DNA of 63,769 nucleotides, filler included, from Octopus bimaculoides (lineage: Eukaryota), in assembly GCF_001194135.2 (NCBI RefSeq). It is 4 parts of 4 records of this genome, joined end to end, with 100 filler letters (N's around TTAATTAATTAA, not from the genome) between each part and the next. Parts side by side here need not be neighbours in the genome. Positions count along the whole stretch, not along the records: positions 62,690 to 63,769 come from NW_026390559.1; 3 more parts are not named here. The stretch is one strand, 5' to 3'. Positions 63,229 to 63,769 of this stretch are shown here, piece by piece (positions within the stretch are counted from its first letter, which is position 1; every line of letters starts with the position of its first letter). The notes below the pieces were generated by a model. That model worked only from the letters and a program-made list of their open reading frames with translations. It had not been told where the DNA came from and made no database searches. Position numbers and translations under genes: made by a program.

Positions 63229-63769
63229 AGTTTAATCAGAATACACATAGGGTCAGGGACATAGAAGGGCCCAATGCCCACCTCAAATATCAAGAATGGC
63301 AGGATATAACAACTGAAGAAGGGAAAGTGGCGCTAGCTATGTCAAAGAAACAGAAATCTCTAGATATAGATAATATTCCAATTTTTTGGCTAAACTTTTT
63401 AATGAGCACTCGCCACAACTTAGCAGTAGCACTCAATGAAGTCATGTCCAGTCCTGTGAAAGCCCCAAAGTGACTTACAGAAGGGATTACATATCTCTAA
63501 CCAAAAACAGAAGAAACTACTAACCCTCAAAAATACCGACCCATAACATGCCTCACCACCATATATAAACATCTATAATAGCGAATAGAGCATATGAATT
63601 CTTGGACAATAGGAAGTTATTCCCAGTGGAACAAAAGGGGTGTAAAATGAGTTCATATGGATGTAATGGATGATATGGATGATTGATAAAATGGTCATTG
63701 AAAATTGCAAATACAAATGCAGAAACCTTAGCACCGCTTGGATAGAGTACAAGAAGGTTTTTGACAGTA
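63229..63769 (+). mobile_element. R4/Dong-like RT fragment starting after (AAT)n; continues beyond window end
   Basis: DITTEE, IPIFWL, PKTEETTNPQKYRPITCLTTIYK, LFPVEQKGC, NLSTAWIEYKKVFDS. Confidence 0.8.

Overview
AT-rich, repeat-saturated animal genomic DNA with many N gaps and microsatellites. The SINE/LINE content suggests a cephalopod, probably Octopus (inference). Two host genes are supported. (1) The first coding exon of CHMP3/VPS24 (+, 14642-14686, MGLFGKTPQRSPKES|gt) sits behind an NRF1/ETS-type promoter. (2) A complete three-coding-exon vitamin K epoxide reductase gene (VKOR, - strand, 37141-36954, 31149-31040, 25883-25690; 163 aa) apparently lies antisense inside CHMP3 intron 1. The rest is transposon-derived: a full-length Chapaev3 DNA transposon with TIRs and TSD, two decayed Gypsy elements tail-to-tail, an internally deleted Gypsy with intact LTRs, PBS, PPT and TSD, Penelope-like elements (Naiad-type and others) with inverted pseudo-LTRs, mariner, maT, Tigger and hAT elements, R4/Dong-like and RTE LINE pieces, and many tRNA-derived SINEs. 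The most interesting signal is a set of minimal hammerhead ribozyme motifs sharing an extra nucleotide after the CUGANGA core. One intact copy lies in the sense strand of VKOR intron 2. No wholly novel system could be established from sequence alone. Coordinates of decayed repeats are approximate.
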